Positions 24,201 through 35,345 of a DNA stretch of 64,000 nucleotides are shown in pieces. Position 1 is the stretch's first letter. Each line of letters opens with the position of its first letter. The position numbers were made by a program, and so were the translations under genes. The notes under the pieces were generated by a model that was not told the DNA's origin, did no database searches, and worked only from the letters and a program-made list of their open reading frames with translations. This stretch comes from Macrostomum lignano (lineage: Eukaryota): contig NIVC01003590.1 of assembly GCA_002269645.1 (NCBI GenBank), positions 25,281 to 89,280 on the forward strand, read 5' to 3'.

Positions 24201-27200
24201 GGACGCCACGATCCGAATGGCGTTGGCCCTGTCCGGCCGCAGGTCCGGCTGTCCGTCCGCCCAGTTCTGAAAGTACTTGGTGTACTCTCCGCCCGTGGTC
24301 CAAGCGAGTTTGTCTTTGTTTGTTGCGCCTGAGTGATTTTGGGAAATCATTAATTCCTTCATACGCTGGTAAAGTGAGCAGCTAAGTGGTGAGTCCCTGA
24401 GTTCGATTCTGTGGCTCGCCTGCGCTAGCGGTAGTGCTTTGAGAACGAGCTATCAAAAAATTGACTTACGAGTCATGCCAATCCAAAGGAACTCCACGCC
24501 CTGATTCTGAAAGTCAATCTTGTACTTGTTGATGAAGTCCTGGATGTGCTTTCTGAAATGAGGAATGCGGACAGCAACTCTGTACGAGAATTGGCCCGAG
24601 TACATTCCTGACCAGGGGCGTCGCCATGGATTTTGTGGTGGGGGACAAAGCCAAGAATTCAAGATGTACATGACTAAATTCCTACATTTCCATTATTTTG
24701 AGAATCGGTGTTGTCAGTGCTCATTGTGGCGCCGTAGGCACTCATTTTAGCGCCGCAGGCACTCATTTTGGCGCCGTAGGCACTCATTTTAGCGCCGCAG
24801 GCACTCATTTTGGCGCCGCAGGTACTCATTTTAGCGCCGCAGGCACTCATTTTGGCGCCGTAGGCACTCATTTTAGCGCCGTAGGCACTCATTTTGGCGC
24901 CGTAGGCACTCATTTTAGCGCCGCAGGCACTCATTTTGGCGCCGCAGGTACTCATTTTAGCGCCGCAGGCACTCATTTTGGCGCCACAGGCACTAATTTC
25001 ATTTTGGCGCCAAAGGCGCTATATTTTGGCGCCCAGGAGAAAAATTATTGAATACCAAAACGGGTCACAAGGTGGGGTAGAGGGGACAAAGCATTGGAAT
25101 GTTCCCCCATAGCTTTTACTGAGGGGGGGGGGACACATGTCCCCCCTGTCCCCCCCGGTAGCGGGGATTAGAAAGGCAGGGCACTGTGTACACCCTGTGT
25201 TCTCGCAACCGTCCTGAGAATAACTACTATAGTCTTGCACTGAAGCAGCTCACTGTTTAATCTGCAGAATGCTGGAATTGCGAGCCTTGCAGTACTGGCT
25301 GGCCTCGTCCCAGGACACCTTCTTGATGTACAGGTCGTAGCACATGTCGCGGTGCTGATACCAGCCCCTCGGGCAGCTGCCCACCGAGCGCTCGCACACG
25401 AAGCCGGACCGGCCCTCGGTGCAGGTCTGCGCCCGCCACGTGGTGCGGGTGACGTCTGTCCTGACTGTCTGCACGCACGTCTTGTCGATGATGTCGGGCG
25501 TGATGCTGGGCCGCGACCCGGTGCTCCAGGTCTCGTAGGTCAGGCTGGAGTCATCCACCCAGCGCCAGGCGTAGCCGTTGGGGTCGTCGGAGTCCGCGTA
25601 GGTCCTCAAGCCGATCCAGAAGTTCGCGCTGATGCCCTCGGACTTGCTGATGACATCGTGCACCGCCGTGTTGGTGTCCGCGTCCGGGATGACGGCGAGG
25701 TCCGACTCGTCCGCGTTGCACGTCGTCCTGTCGGTAGGGTTCAAGGTGAGGTGGACTGCTAGGCTGCACTGATAACCTGTTCTGTGGATAACCTGTTCTG
25801 TGGATAACCTGTTCTGTGGATAACCTGTTCTGTGGATAACCTGTTCTGCGGATAACCTGTTCTGTGGATAACCTGTTCTGTGGATAACCTGTTCTGTGGA
25901 TAACCTGTTCTGTGGATAACCTGATCTGTGGATAACCTGTTCTGTGGATAACCTGTTCTGCGGATAACCTGTTCTGTGGATAACCTGTTCTGTGGATAAT
26001 CTGTTCTGTGGATAACCTGATCTGTGGATAACCTGTTCTGTGGATAACCTGATCTGTGGATAACCTGTTCTGTGGATAACCTAGAGCTACAGAGAGGGGC
26101 GCCAGCTACAGAGGGGCGCCAGCTACAGAGGGGCGCCAGCTACAGAGGGGCGCCAGCTACAGAGGCGGCGCCAGCTACAGAGGGGCGCCAGCTACAGAGG
26201 CGGCGCCAGCTACAGAGGGGCGCCAGCTACAGAGGGGGCGCCAGCTACAAAGGAGGCGCTAGGCGCTAATTAGAGAGGAGGCGCCAGCTACAAAGGAGGC
26301 GCTAGGCGCTAATTAGAGAGGAGGCGCCAGCTACAAAGGAGGCGCTAGGCGCTAATTAGAGAGGAGGCGCCAGCTACAAAGGAGGCGCTAGGCGCCAGCT
26401 ACAGACGTGGCGCTAGGCGCCAGCTACAAAGGAGGCGCTAGGCGCTAATTAGAGAGGAGGCGCCAGCTACAGAGGAGGCGCTAGGCGCTAATTAGAGAGG
26501 AGGCGCCAGCTACAAAGGAGGCGCTAGGCGCCAGCTACAAAAGAGGCGCTTGGCGCTGATTAGAGAGGAGGCGCCAGCTACCGAAATATTTCATGCTCTC
26601 AAATCATATGAAGCCAAGCTTCGCAGCTGTCCCCCTCTGTCCCCCACGCAGCTGTCCCCCCTGCCTGCTTTCTTATTTCGGCCATCAGAAACTTTCCCAG
26701 CTGTCCCGACCCCCCCCCCCCCCCCAGTCCCGGAGCCCCTCAGCAAGCGGTCTCACCGAGCCGTCTCCCAGTTCTGGCCCTCTTCTCCAGTCTTAAAATT
26801 GTGCACCTTGTAGCACCTGTTGTTCTGGTACATCCAGCCATTGTCCGTGTCGCAAGTTGTCACTTCCTCTGTGTGGTAGAATGGGGTCTGGTAGAATGGG
26901 GTCTGGTAGAATGGGGTCTGGTAGAATGGGGTCTGGTAGAATGGAGCCTGGTAGAATGGAGTCTGGTAGAATGGGGTAGGTAGAATGGGGTAGGGTAGAA
27001 TGGGGTAGGTAGAATGGGATCTGGTACTCGTAGAAGGAAAAGCAATTCCAAGTTTTGGTTTGAAACCGGCCAGAGAACTCACGTTTTAACTTTTTGCAGA
27101 CATATTTGTACTTGAGACTGCAGTCTTTGGGCCATACCAAGAGGAAGGAGCTTCCTCTGAACTCCCAGATTGACATGCAGTTTCCGGGTGTCGAGTTGCT

Positions 27201-28559
27201 GACTCCGCCAGTGATGGGATATTTCCTGAAATTATGACCATCTTGATTGCTGATAATGCGTTTTGTTTCAAAGTAAACCAGTGGTTCGGATACGCCGTCT
27301 CTGCGACTCACAGCAGGTTTTTCTGATAGATTTTTCCCGGCTGCTCATTGCCCGTGTGGCCGTCGTCCCACTGCCAGAGCGACTCCATTGAGGAGCGAGT
27401 GAGCCCGAACCACCAGTACTTCTTGTCACCGGAGGAGCCGTAGGAGTTGATGATGCCTGCCACATAGTTCTAGAAAGCAGAGCAGCGGGGCGTGCACAGG
27501 TCTATAGCGGGCTACTTTTGAAGGTCGAGAGGTAGGTAGGTTTTGACGGTCGGCAGGTAATGAGGTCAGGAACAGGTAATGAGGTCAGGAACAGGTAATG
27601 AGGTCAGGAACAGGTAATGAGGTCAGGAACAGGTAATGAGGTCAGGAACAGGTAATGAGGTCAGGAACAGGTAATGAGGTCAGGAACAGGTAATGAGGTC
27701 AGGAACAGGTAATGAGGTCAGGAACAGGTAATGAGGTCAGGAACAGGTAATGAGGTCAGGAACAGGTAATGAGGTCAGGAACAGGTAATGAGGTCAGGAA
27801 CAGGTAATGAGGTCAGGAACAGGTAATGAGGTCAGGAACAGGTAATGAGGTCAGGAACAGGTAATGAGGTCAGGAACAGGTAATGAGGTCAGGAACAGGT
27901 AATGAGGTCAGGAACAGGTAATGAGGTCAGGAACAGGTAATGAGGTCAGGAACAGGTAATGAGGTCAGGAACAGGTAATGAGGTCAGGAACAGGTAATGA
28001 GGTCAGGAACAGGTAATGAGGTCAGGAACAGGTAATGAGGTCAGGAACAGGTAATGAGGTCAGGAACAGGTAATGAGGTCAGGAACAGGTAATGAGGTCA
28101 GGAACAGGTAATGAGGTCAGGAACAGGGCAGGTAATGAGATCAGGAACAGGGCAGGTAATGAGATCAGGAACAGGGCAGGTAATGAGGTCAGGAACAGGG
28201 CAGGTAATGATTAATGGGAATGTAAACAAGGCCGCCAAGTCCTGACCCTTTCATCCTCGTCAGTAACGGACAGCAGCGAGGCGTGCTGCAGCTCGCAGGC
28301 CTTCTTGGCGTCCGCCCAGGTGCGATAATTGGCCTCGCTGTCGGACATCTGGTAGCAGAAGTTGCTGTTCTGCCGGTTGATCCAGCCAGCCGGGCACTTG
28401 CCGTCTATCTGGGCACCTGGAGATGTTGGAGAATCTGTGAGAACTCTGAGCTAAGATAGAAGTTAATTAGGCAGCTCAAAGCTTACCTGTCTGGCCAGCC
28501 AGAGCCATCAGAGCCAGCAGGCAGCAGCTCAGCGCTGATGCCACAGTCAGCAGCCGCAT
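15236..28559 (-). CDS. Mannose-receptor-like type-I membrane protein with 12 C-type lectin domains, 16 exons
   Basis: Signal peptide MRLLTVASALSCCLLALMALAG; exons 28559-28487, 28416-28247, 27469-27312, ~27250-27083, 26868-26757, 25727-25254, 24552-24470, 24328-24098, 22762-22373, 21621-21428, 20950-20443, 20357-20194, 19551-17994, 17915-17770, 17048-~15920, 15483-15236; WIGL/EPN/QPD/WND motifs; S/T stalk, TM (VLVAIAVLAFLLLLAGVVAAVIIY), tail with GLENPSF; one apparent frameshift at ~16052. Confidence 0.9.
15530..15865. repeat. 24-bp intronic minisatellite (GTGGGGTAGGAATGGATAGGCAGA)
   Basis: Last intron of the lectin receptor. Confidence 0.9.
17265..17342 (+). mobile_element. Possible hAT/Charlie-type transposon terminus
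   Basis: CAGGGGGTCGGCAAACTCGGGCCCGCGGGCC resembles the CAGGGG..CAAACT..GGCCCGCGGGCC ends of hAT MITEs; no second end found. Confidence 0.35.
17506..17720 (+). mobile_element. tRNA-derived SINE with CORE/Meta-like central domain
   Basis: A-box-like GGTCAGAGCG, B box GGTTCGATTC (17552-17561), then GTCCTTGAGCAAGACACCTTAC...CTTCAGTTCACCCAGCTGTAAAATGGG, similar to the CORE (MIR-type) consensus. Confidence 0.7.
19695..20186. repeat. 32-bp intronic minisatellite (CTAACTGATAATGTCAGTGTTTATGTCAGCAG)
   Basis: Abuts the donor at 20193. Confidence 0.95.
20975..21380. repeat. 42-bp intronic minisatellite
   Basis: GGGATGTGGGTGCTGCTATGGGCTTGGATGTCGCTGAGTTCC units. Confidence 0.9.
21778..22340. repeat. 24-bp intronic minisatellite (GGGTCAGTTAGTAGTCCTTGGAGT)
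   Basis: Tandem copies. Confidence 0.95.
22790..23195. repeat. 9-bp intronic repeat (ATCAA(C/T)CTC)
   Basis: Tandem copies; source of the MRL-repeat ORF. Confidence 0.95.
23268..24088. repeat. 11-bp intronic repeat (AGCCAGTCACA)
   Basis: About 75 tandem copies. Confidence 0.95.
24612..25165. mobile_element. MITE-like insertion with internal 21-bp repeat (GCACTCATTTT(G/A)GCGCCG(T/C)AG, 24715-25030)
   Basis: Starts CAGGGGCGTCGCCA..GGGGGACA and ends GGGGGGGACACATGTCCCCCCTGTCCCCCCC; termini imperfect. Confidence 0.4.
25770..26580. repeat. Two adjacent intronic minisatellites: 16-bp TGGATAACCTGTTCTG (25770-26080) and ~17-bp AGCTACAGAGGGGCGCC with variants (26085-26580)
   Basis: Tandem copies. 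Confidence 0.9.
26872..27025. repeat. 15-bp intronic repeat (TGGTAGAATGGGGTC)
   Basis: Abuts the acceptor at 26869. Confidence 0.85.
27555..28210. repeat. 19-bp intronic minisatellite (GGTAATGAGGTCAGGAACA), ~34 copies
   Basis: Almost invariant copies. Confidence 0.95.
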
Positions 28560-29074
28560 GTGAGCAGTTATGAGCAGAGGGGCAGCGTGAACGAACAATT
28601 AGAAAAAAATTGAGCTGAAATCTTTCTCAATTCCCGAGAAAACTGATGTGTGAGTCTTTTCAAATAGGGCTCAGCCACCAAGTTGTGCCAGTCCAGCTGA
28701 GCACCCGCCGCTCTCTGAGGAGCTTATCTCAGACACCAGCCCAGCACACCGAGGCCGGCTGTTGAGCAGGGGGTGCTCATAGATAAGGAAACTTTTTGTC
28801 GAAAAAACCCTTTCTCCAACTCTGTAGGGGTCAGTCAGGTTTTTCAACTCCACGAGGTGCCTCGGAGATCAGCGAGTTGGCGTTGAAGAGAAATTTTGGC
28901 AATTCAAGTGACTTTGCCGATATGGTGGCTAAGATAAGCAGGGTCTGCTGCCAACCTCACCGCAGCTGTGCTGGTGCAGGTTGTTAACCAGTTGGACTTG
29001 CCCTGCAGATATATGTAGGTTCACGCAGTTTCAATTTTTAATAACTATACTCATAGCTCAGTGCGGCTCAAGGG

Positions 29075-29700
29075 TCCATGCAGGGCCAGCTGAAGGATCT
29101 ATGTAGGGTCAGCTGAAGGATCTATGCAGGGTCAGCTGAAGGATCTATGCAGGGTCAGCTGAAGGATCTATGCAGGGTCAGCTGAAAGATCTATGCAGGG
29201 TCAGCTGAAGGATCTACGCAGGGTCAGCTGAAGAATCTTTGCAGGGTCAGCTGAAGGATCTTTGCAGGGTCAGCTGAAGGATCTATGCAGGGTCAGCTGA
29301 AAGATCTATGCAGGGTCAGCTGAAGGATCTATGCAGGGTCAGCTGAAAGATCTATGCAGGGTCAGCTGAAGGATCTATGCAGGGTCAGCTGAAGGATCTT
29401 TGCAGGGTCAGCTGAAGGATCTTTGCAGGGTCAGCTGAAGGATCTATGTAGGGTCAGCTGAAGGATCTATGCAGGGTCAGCTGAAAGATCTATGCAGGGT
29501 CAGCTGAAGGATCTATGCAGGGTCAGCTGAAGGATCTTTGCAGGGTCAGCTGAAGGATCTATGCAGGGTCAGCTGAAGGGTCCATGCAGGGCCAGCTGAA
29601 GGATCTATGCAGGGTCAGCTGAAGGATCTTTGCAGGGTCAGCTGAAGGATCTATGCAGGGTCAGCTGAAGGATCTTTGCAGGGTCAGCTGAAGGATTTCT
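29075..29700. repeat. 23-bp minisatellite (CAGCTGAAGGATCTATGCAGGGT)
   Basis: About 27 tandem copies. Confidence 0.95.
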
Positions 29701-29744
29701 GCATGCTGGGTGATCGACTTTGGCAACGCCAACTGGAGCAAGAA

Positions 29745-30045
29745 AGATGCCACCAAACCAATGTGCTCACCAATCTGCCACAACAGTGTGCTCACCAATC
29801 TGTAACCCCAACAGTGAGCTCACAATCTACATGTACCACCACACCAGTGCGCTCACCAATCTGCCACACCAGTGTGCTCACCAATCTGCCACCACACCAA
29901 TGTGCTCACCAATCTGCCACCACACCAGTGTGCTCACCAATCTGCCACCAAACCAGTGTGCTCACCAATCTGCCACCACACCAGTGTGCTCACCAATCTG
30001 CCACCAAACCAGTGTGCTCACCAATCTGCCACCACACCAGTGACC
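29745..30045. repeat. ~28-bp minisatellite (CACCAATCTGCCACCACACCAGTGTGCT)
   Basis: Tandem copies. Confidence 0.9.
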
Positions 30046-30717
30046 TCAGTCGGCCTCACAATTTCGAATGCCTTTGGCTCACGTTTCAGAACATGAGCTG
30101 TTTTTCTCAAAGAAATAAACAAGTTAGAATGGCTCAACCGCGGAAATTTGGCATACTAATAACTAACAACAAAGTGTTTTTGTGACACAATGTGTTCCAG
30201 AGAATGCATTGCTATATTTGGCTAACACTGAAGAGATGCTATGTATGCTGCAGTGTGAGAGTTATTGGCAAAGTGTATCACAGAACATCATTTCAACATG
30301 CCTAACTGCACAGATTCAAAGGCAAACTACACTACTATGAGTAGCCAAGCGGAAATTTTTTGAAATTCGTTGAGTTGACGCTTAGAATGAGTAATATTTT
30401 CCCAACTGACCAGATGCCTCAAATCCCCAATATTGACTTTGAGTAAAGTAAAAAATTCAAGCTGTCAGCCACCATTTGAGCTGGAAATTGCTTTCAACTA
30501 CTTTTTTGGCACCCAAAATCTGCCTGGAATCAAAACAGGTACAAAATAAAGAAAAGCTGACTAAAAACAACAATATACTACTTAAATAAGACAGTAGAAC
30601 AGTAGAATAGAGAGCTAGGGGGCTGTTAGTTTTGACACAAAGTCGAAGGGCCTGAGCTGACAGCTAAGAGTGCAAGGCTGGTCGTGAATGTGAATTAGAA
30701 GCAAGTAACAGAGGCAA

Positions 30718-31065
30718 CAGGGTCACTCTTAGTGGGTCAGCGGGGTCACCCTTAGTGGGTCAGCGGGGTCACTCTTGGTGGGTCAACAGGGTCACTTTTA
30801 GTGGGTCAGAGGGGTCACTTTTGAAGGGTCAACAGGGTCATCTTACTGGGTCAACAGGGTCACCCTTAGTGGGTCACCGGGTCACTCTTAGTGGTTCAAC
30901 AGGGTCACTTTTAGTGGGTCAATGAAGTCACTTTTGTGGGTGAAAAGGGTCACTGTTAGTGGGTCAGATGGGTCACTCTTCGTGGGTCAACAGGGTCACT
31001 CTTAGTGGGTCAACAGGGTCACTATTAGTGGGTCAACAGGGTCAGTTAGAGTCAACAGTGTCAGT
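30718..31065. repeat. Degenerate 23-bp minisatellite (GGGTCACTCTTAGTGGGTCAACA)
   Basis: Tandem copies just 3' of the PIGB stop. Confidence 0.85.
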
Positions 31066-31105
31066 TGGTGGGTCAGCTGCTTCAATCCAAGCGGGTCAGC
31101 CGCGG

Positions 31106-34100
31106 TCAGACCCAGTCGCTTCGGCAGAACAGCAGCAGGTAGTGGCTCCGCCGGCCGTCCTCAAAGTGCGAGTTGAAGAACTTTTTGCGCAGGGTGAAGC
31201 CGCGAGTCTCCAGCAGGCCGCGCAGGCGGGGCAGCAGCGAGTCGAACAGCAGGATGTGCGACGGCCGCCGCTCGGTGTCCAGCAGGCGGGAGGCGAAGCC
31301 GGCGGGGTCGCTGTAGAAGGCCTCCTGCTCCTCGACGTAGCCCGGCTGGTCCCGCCAGTTGGGCGAGCAGTCCAGAGTCCGAGTGCTGACGTTGCTATGG
31401 AGATGGGAATAGAGCGGAGTGGAGTGACAGGGCGCCAGGAACAGAAAGTGCAGGTCGGGATCCAGGTGCGCGGGGACACCGGTCCTGGTGAGGCGCAGCT
31501 CCGCGTCCTTGCCCAGGTGGTTCACCGCGTCCAGAGGCCCGCGCTGGTGGATGAGGCAGAAGTACAAGGCGGCTGGGATGCCCAGGCAGCAAAGGCAGGC
31601 AACAGCGGCTTTGCGCAGGGCGGGGCCGAGCTCGCTGAGGCAGAGGCCGCACTGGTGCATCATCAGCGGCAGCAGCGGGAACACGAAGCGGAACTCCTTG
31701 TGGGCCAGGAAGCTGCGGGGTGGGGCGGAGCGTGGCTGTACAGGACATTGAAATCTGTACAAGATATTGAATCTGTACAAGATATTGAATCTGTACAATA
31801 TATTCCAATATGTACAAGATATTGAATCTGTACAAGATATTCCAATATGTACAAGATATTGAATCTGTACAAGATATTGAATCTGTACAAGATATTGAAT
31901 CTGTACAAGATATTGAATCTGTCGAGACATAGAAATCTGTAACTGATATTGCAATATGTACAAGATATTGCAATGTGTACAAGATGTAGAATCTGTACAA
32001 AATTCAATTTTGTACAGAATGTTCTACAAAGAATTACACTCTGTACAAGATATTAAAAACTGTACAAAATATCGATATTACAAGATATTACAAGATATTA
32101 GAAGCTGTAGATGTGGAATCTGTACAAGATTTTCCAAACTTTACAAGATATTACGTCATTCAGCTGTACAATGTCATCTACAATATGCAAACAAACAGTA
32201 AACAGTGGGAATGTACAAAAGCACCAGCAGACCCACCTGTACACATACAGCGTCCAGATCACCAGCAGGGTCAGCGCGGTTTCTACACGCCGCCTCTGCC
32301 TCCAGCTCTGATAGCTGGCGTACAGGTACAGCGGCAGGTGCGGGCCCAGGATGGCCGGTATTCCTGAAATTTCATTTGGTAATAAAATAATCATTCTTGC
32401 AAAACGCGCACCAGCTACTTTAAATTAAATCGAAAGTAGCTATCGAAAACCAGCTACTTTCTCGATGAATTCCCATAAATCTCGATGATTTCCCATAAAT
32501 CTTGATGATTTCCCATAAATCTTGATGATTTCCCATAAATCTTGATGATTTCCCATAAATCTTGATGATTTCCCATAAATCTTGATGATTTCCCATAAAT
32601 CTTGATGATTTCCCATAAATCTTGATGATTTCCCATAAATCTTGATGATTTCCCATAAATCTTGATGATTTCCCATAAATCTTGATGATTTCCAATTAAC
32701 CTCTATGATTTCTCATAAATCCTGGTGAGATGCCAGGCCGCTCACCCTGCGTGATGTACCAGTGCCACGGGTGCACCCCATAGAACGAGCCGATGTCGCT
32801 CAGCAGATTGTAGTGCAGAAAGTTGAGCTGGGACAGGGTCCAGCGGCCATAGTAGTGTTTGTCAGCCAGGCCGCTCACCGCCAGCACCAGCAGGCCAGTG
32901 GCGCCATAGAGCGCCAACACGCGCCCCAGCCGACGCCGACTCCGCGCCGCGTGCCACAGGCAGAGCATCAGCCAGGGCACCGCCGAGGTCGGCCGGAGTG
33001 CGCAAGCGGCGGCGACCGCCAGGGCGAATTTCCACTGGGCCTTGCGGCTCTGCGCCTCGGGCCACGGGTAATAGTACAGGCCCACTGTGGTCAGCAGCCA
33101 CTCCACGCAGTTCGACAGCGTCCGAGGCGCGGTGTACAGGGTGAACCAGTTCAGCAGCTGGCAGATCAGCGCCCACTGGGCAGCCCGCTGACCGGCCACT
33201 CGCCGGCTGAAGCGGTACAGGTAGAAATCCGCCACGGCGGCCAGGCAGGCCTGCAGCAGCCGCGGCAGCTTCGCCACGGCCAGCCGGCTGTCCGCTCCGG
33301 CCAGCTGCAGCAGCTTGAACAGCAGGGCGAAGGCGCCCGGGTACAGCGGGCTGCGCAGCCCCGCCTGCCACTCCCAGGTCAGGTGGCCGTAGCCGAAGGC
33401 CGACCTGCAGTTTGGGGGGGTGCTCGACACTGTCACTCTGGCAACCTGACATATTGTCATTCTGGCACACTGTCACTCTGACATACTGTCGATCTGGCAC
33501 ACTGTCACTCTGACACGCTGTCACTCTGGCACACTGTCACTCTGGCAAACTGTCACTCTGACACACTGGCATACTATTTACTCTGGCACACTGGCATACT
33601 ATTTACTCTGACACACTGGCATACTATTTACTCTGGCACACTGGCATACTGTCACTCTGGAAACCTGGCATACTGTCATTCTGGCACACTGTCACTCTGA
33701 CACACTGTCACTCTGGCACACTGTCACTCTGACACATTGTCACTCTGGCACACTGTCACTCTGACACACTGTCACTCTGGCACACTGTCACTCTGGCACA
33801 CTGTCACTCTGGTTCACAGTCACTCTACCGCCCGCATACCAACCTGTGCGCCACCTCCACAGACTGCCAGAACTCGTCGGGCACAAAGTGCGTGTGCAGC
33901 AGCAGGGCGTTGGCGCAGCGGAACGCCACCAGCGACAGGAACAGGCCGCGCTCGGTCAGCAGCGACCGCCGCAGCGGCTCGGGCCCGACAGTCTCCGACG
34001 GCTCGATGGCTGCGTCCCGGTCCTCCTTAGTGGCCTCCGGGCCCCACCACAGCCGGCCGAGCAGAGACTCTCCGGCGCCGGCCTGCTGGCCGGATCGGCG

Positions 34101-34205
34101 CGAGCGCTGCGCCCGACTGGCGCGGCTGCGCACGTAGGCGCTGGCGTGGCTGCAGCGACCGGCGGAGGCGGCCGCGGACAGCGAATTGCCGCCGCCACCG
34201 CTCAT
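31106..34205 (-). CDS. PIGB: GPI mannosyltransferase 3, 4 exons (34205-33844, 33404-32746, 32363-32237, 31712-31106)
   Basis: PDEFWQSVEVAHR|SAFGYGHLTWEW, LRSPLYP, RTLSNCVE, RPTS, HPWHWYITQG, HKEFRF, HQRG, PCHSTPLYSHLH; junction phases consistent. Confidence 0.93.
31745..33830. repeat. PIGB intronic minisatellites: 18-bp ACAAGATATTGAATCTGT (31745-32160), 20-bp TTGATGATTTCCCATAAATC (32470-32730), 16-bp CTCTGGCACACTGTCA (33425-33830)
   Basis: A different unit in each intron. Confidence 0.9.
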
Positions 34206-34239
34206 GACCGGCCGGCTGGGCTGCAATGGTAGACAAGGT

Positions 34240-34790
34240 AGATAAATTGGTAGATATAGTAGACAGATTAGTAGATACGACAGATGAATTGGTAGATATG
34301 GTGGACGGATTAGTAGATATGGTGGATGAATTGGTAGATATGGTAGACAGATTGCTAGAGATGGTGGACGGACTGGTAGATTTGCAGAATTTTGTGCAAT
34401 AAGTGGTAGATAGATATAGTAGACAGATAAGTAGATACGACAGATGAATTGGTAGATATGGTGGACAGATTGGTAGATATGGTGGATGAATTGGTAGATA
34501 TGGTGGATGAATTGGTAGATATGGTGGATGAATTGGTAGATATGGTGGATGAATTGGTAGATATGGTGGATGAATTGGTAGATATGGTGGATGAATTGGT
34601 AGATATGGTGAATGAATTGGTAGATATGGTGGATGAATTGGTAGATATAGTGGATGAATTGGTAGATATAGTGGATGAATTGGTAGATATGGTGGATGAA
34701 TTGGTAGATATGGTGGATGAATTGGTAGATATGGTAGACAGATTGCTAGAGATGGTGGACGGACTGGTAGATTTGCAGAATTTGCAGAAT
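34240..34790. repeat. 21-bp minisatellite (GGTAGATATGGTGGATGAATT) immediately 5' of PIGB
   Basis: Tandem copies. Confidence 0.9.
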
Positions 34791-35345
34791 CTGTAAATAG
34801 AAAAAGTAAAGTAGATAAATTAAATAGTAGGCAAAATAGTAGACAAAGTAGACAAAAATGGTAGACAGTTTATCTGTATGTATTACGCCAGAACATGCCA
34901 GACAAATTCTGTTACAAGTGAAATCCCATATCCCAGCCCCGGCAACAGCAGGGAACGAGAGATGAACAAGCCGGGTGCAGCAGCCAAGTCCGGTCAGGGG
35001 CGCCCAGGACCTCTGCTGCTGCACGATTTCGGATTGGAAAGACATTCACAAAAAATTATTGAAAAATTGAAATAAAACTCAGAAAATGACGGCCTCAGAT
35101 CTGAAAATGAGCCTGGAGAGCCATCGGGTCTGGATAAAACGGGCGCAATGCCAAGCTCTACTAATACATAAAATATCTTCTCGATGGTAAAAATGGGTCA
35201 GGGACTCTGCAAAGGAATTTAAGAAGCTCAGGGTGCGTCTTTTGCTGTCGCTATGCGGGCAGCAGACCAAAAATCGATATAAATTTAGTCACGAACTCAA
35301 AGCTCGCAGAGCTCATAGAATTGTTAGTCTTGCGCAATTGGCGGT

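Noticed and set aside
22744-24332. MRL-repeat and SQSQASHKPV-repeat ORFs
   Set aside because: 9-bp and 11-bp intronic repeats within the lectin receptor gene
27555-28210. Regular arrays as possible CRISPR
   Set aside because: No unique spacers, no cas genes, and a eukaryotic intronic context; applies to all arrays in the window
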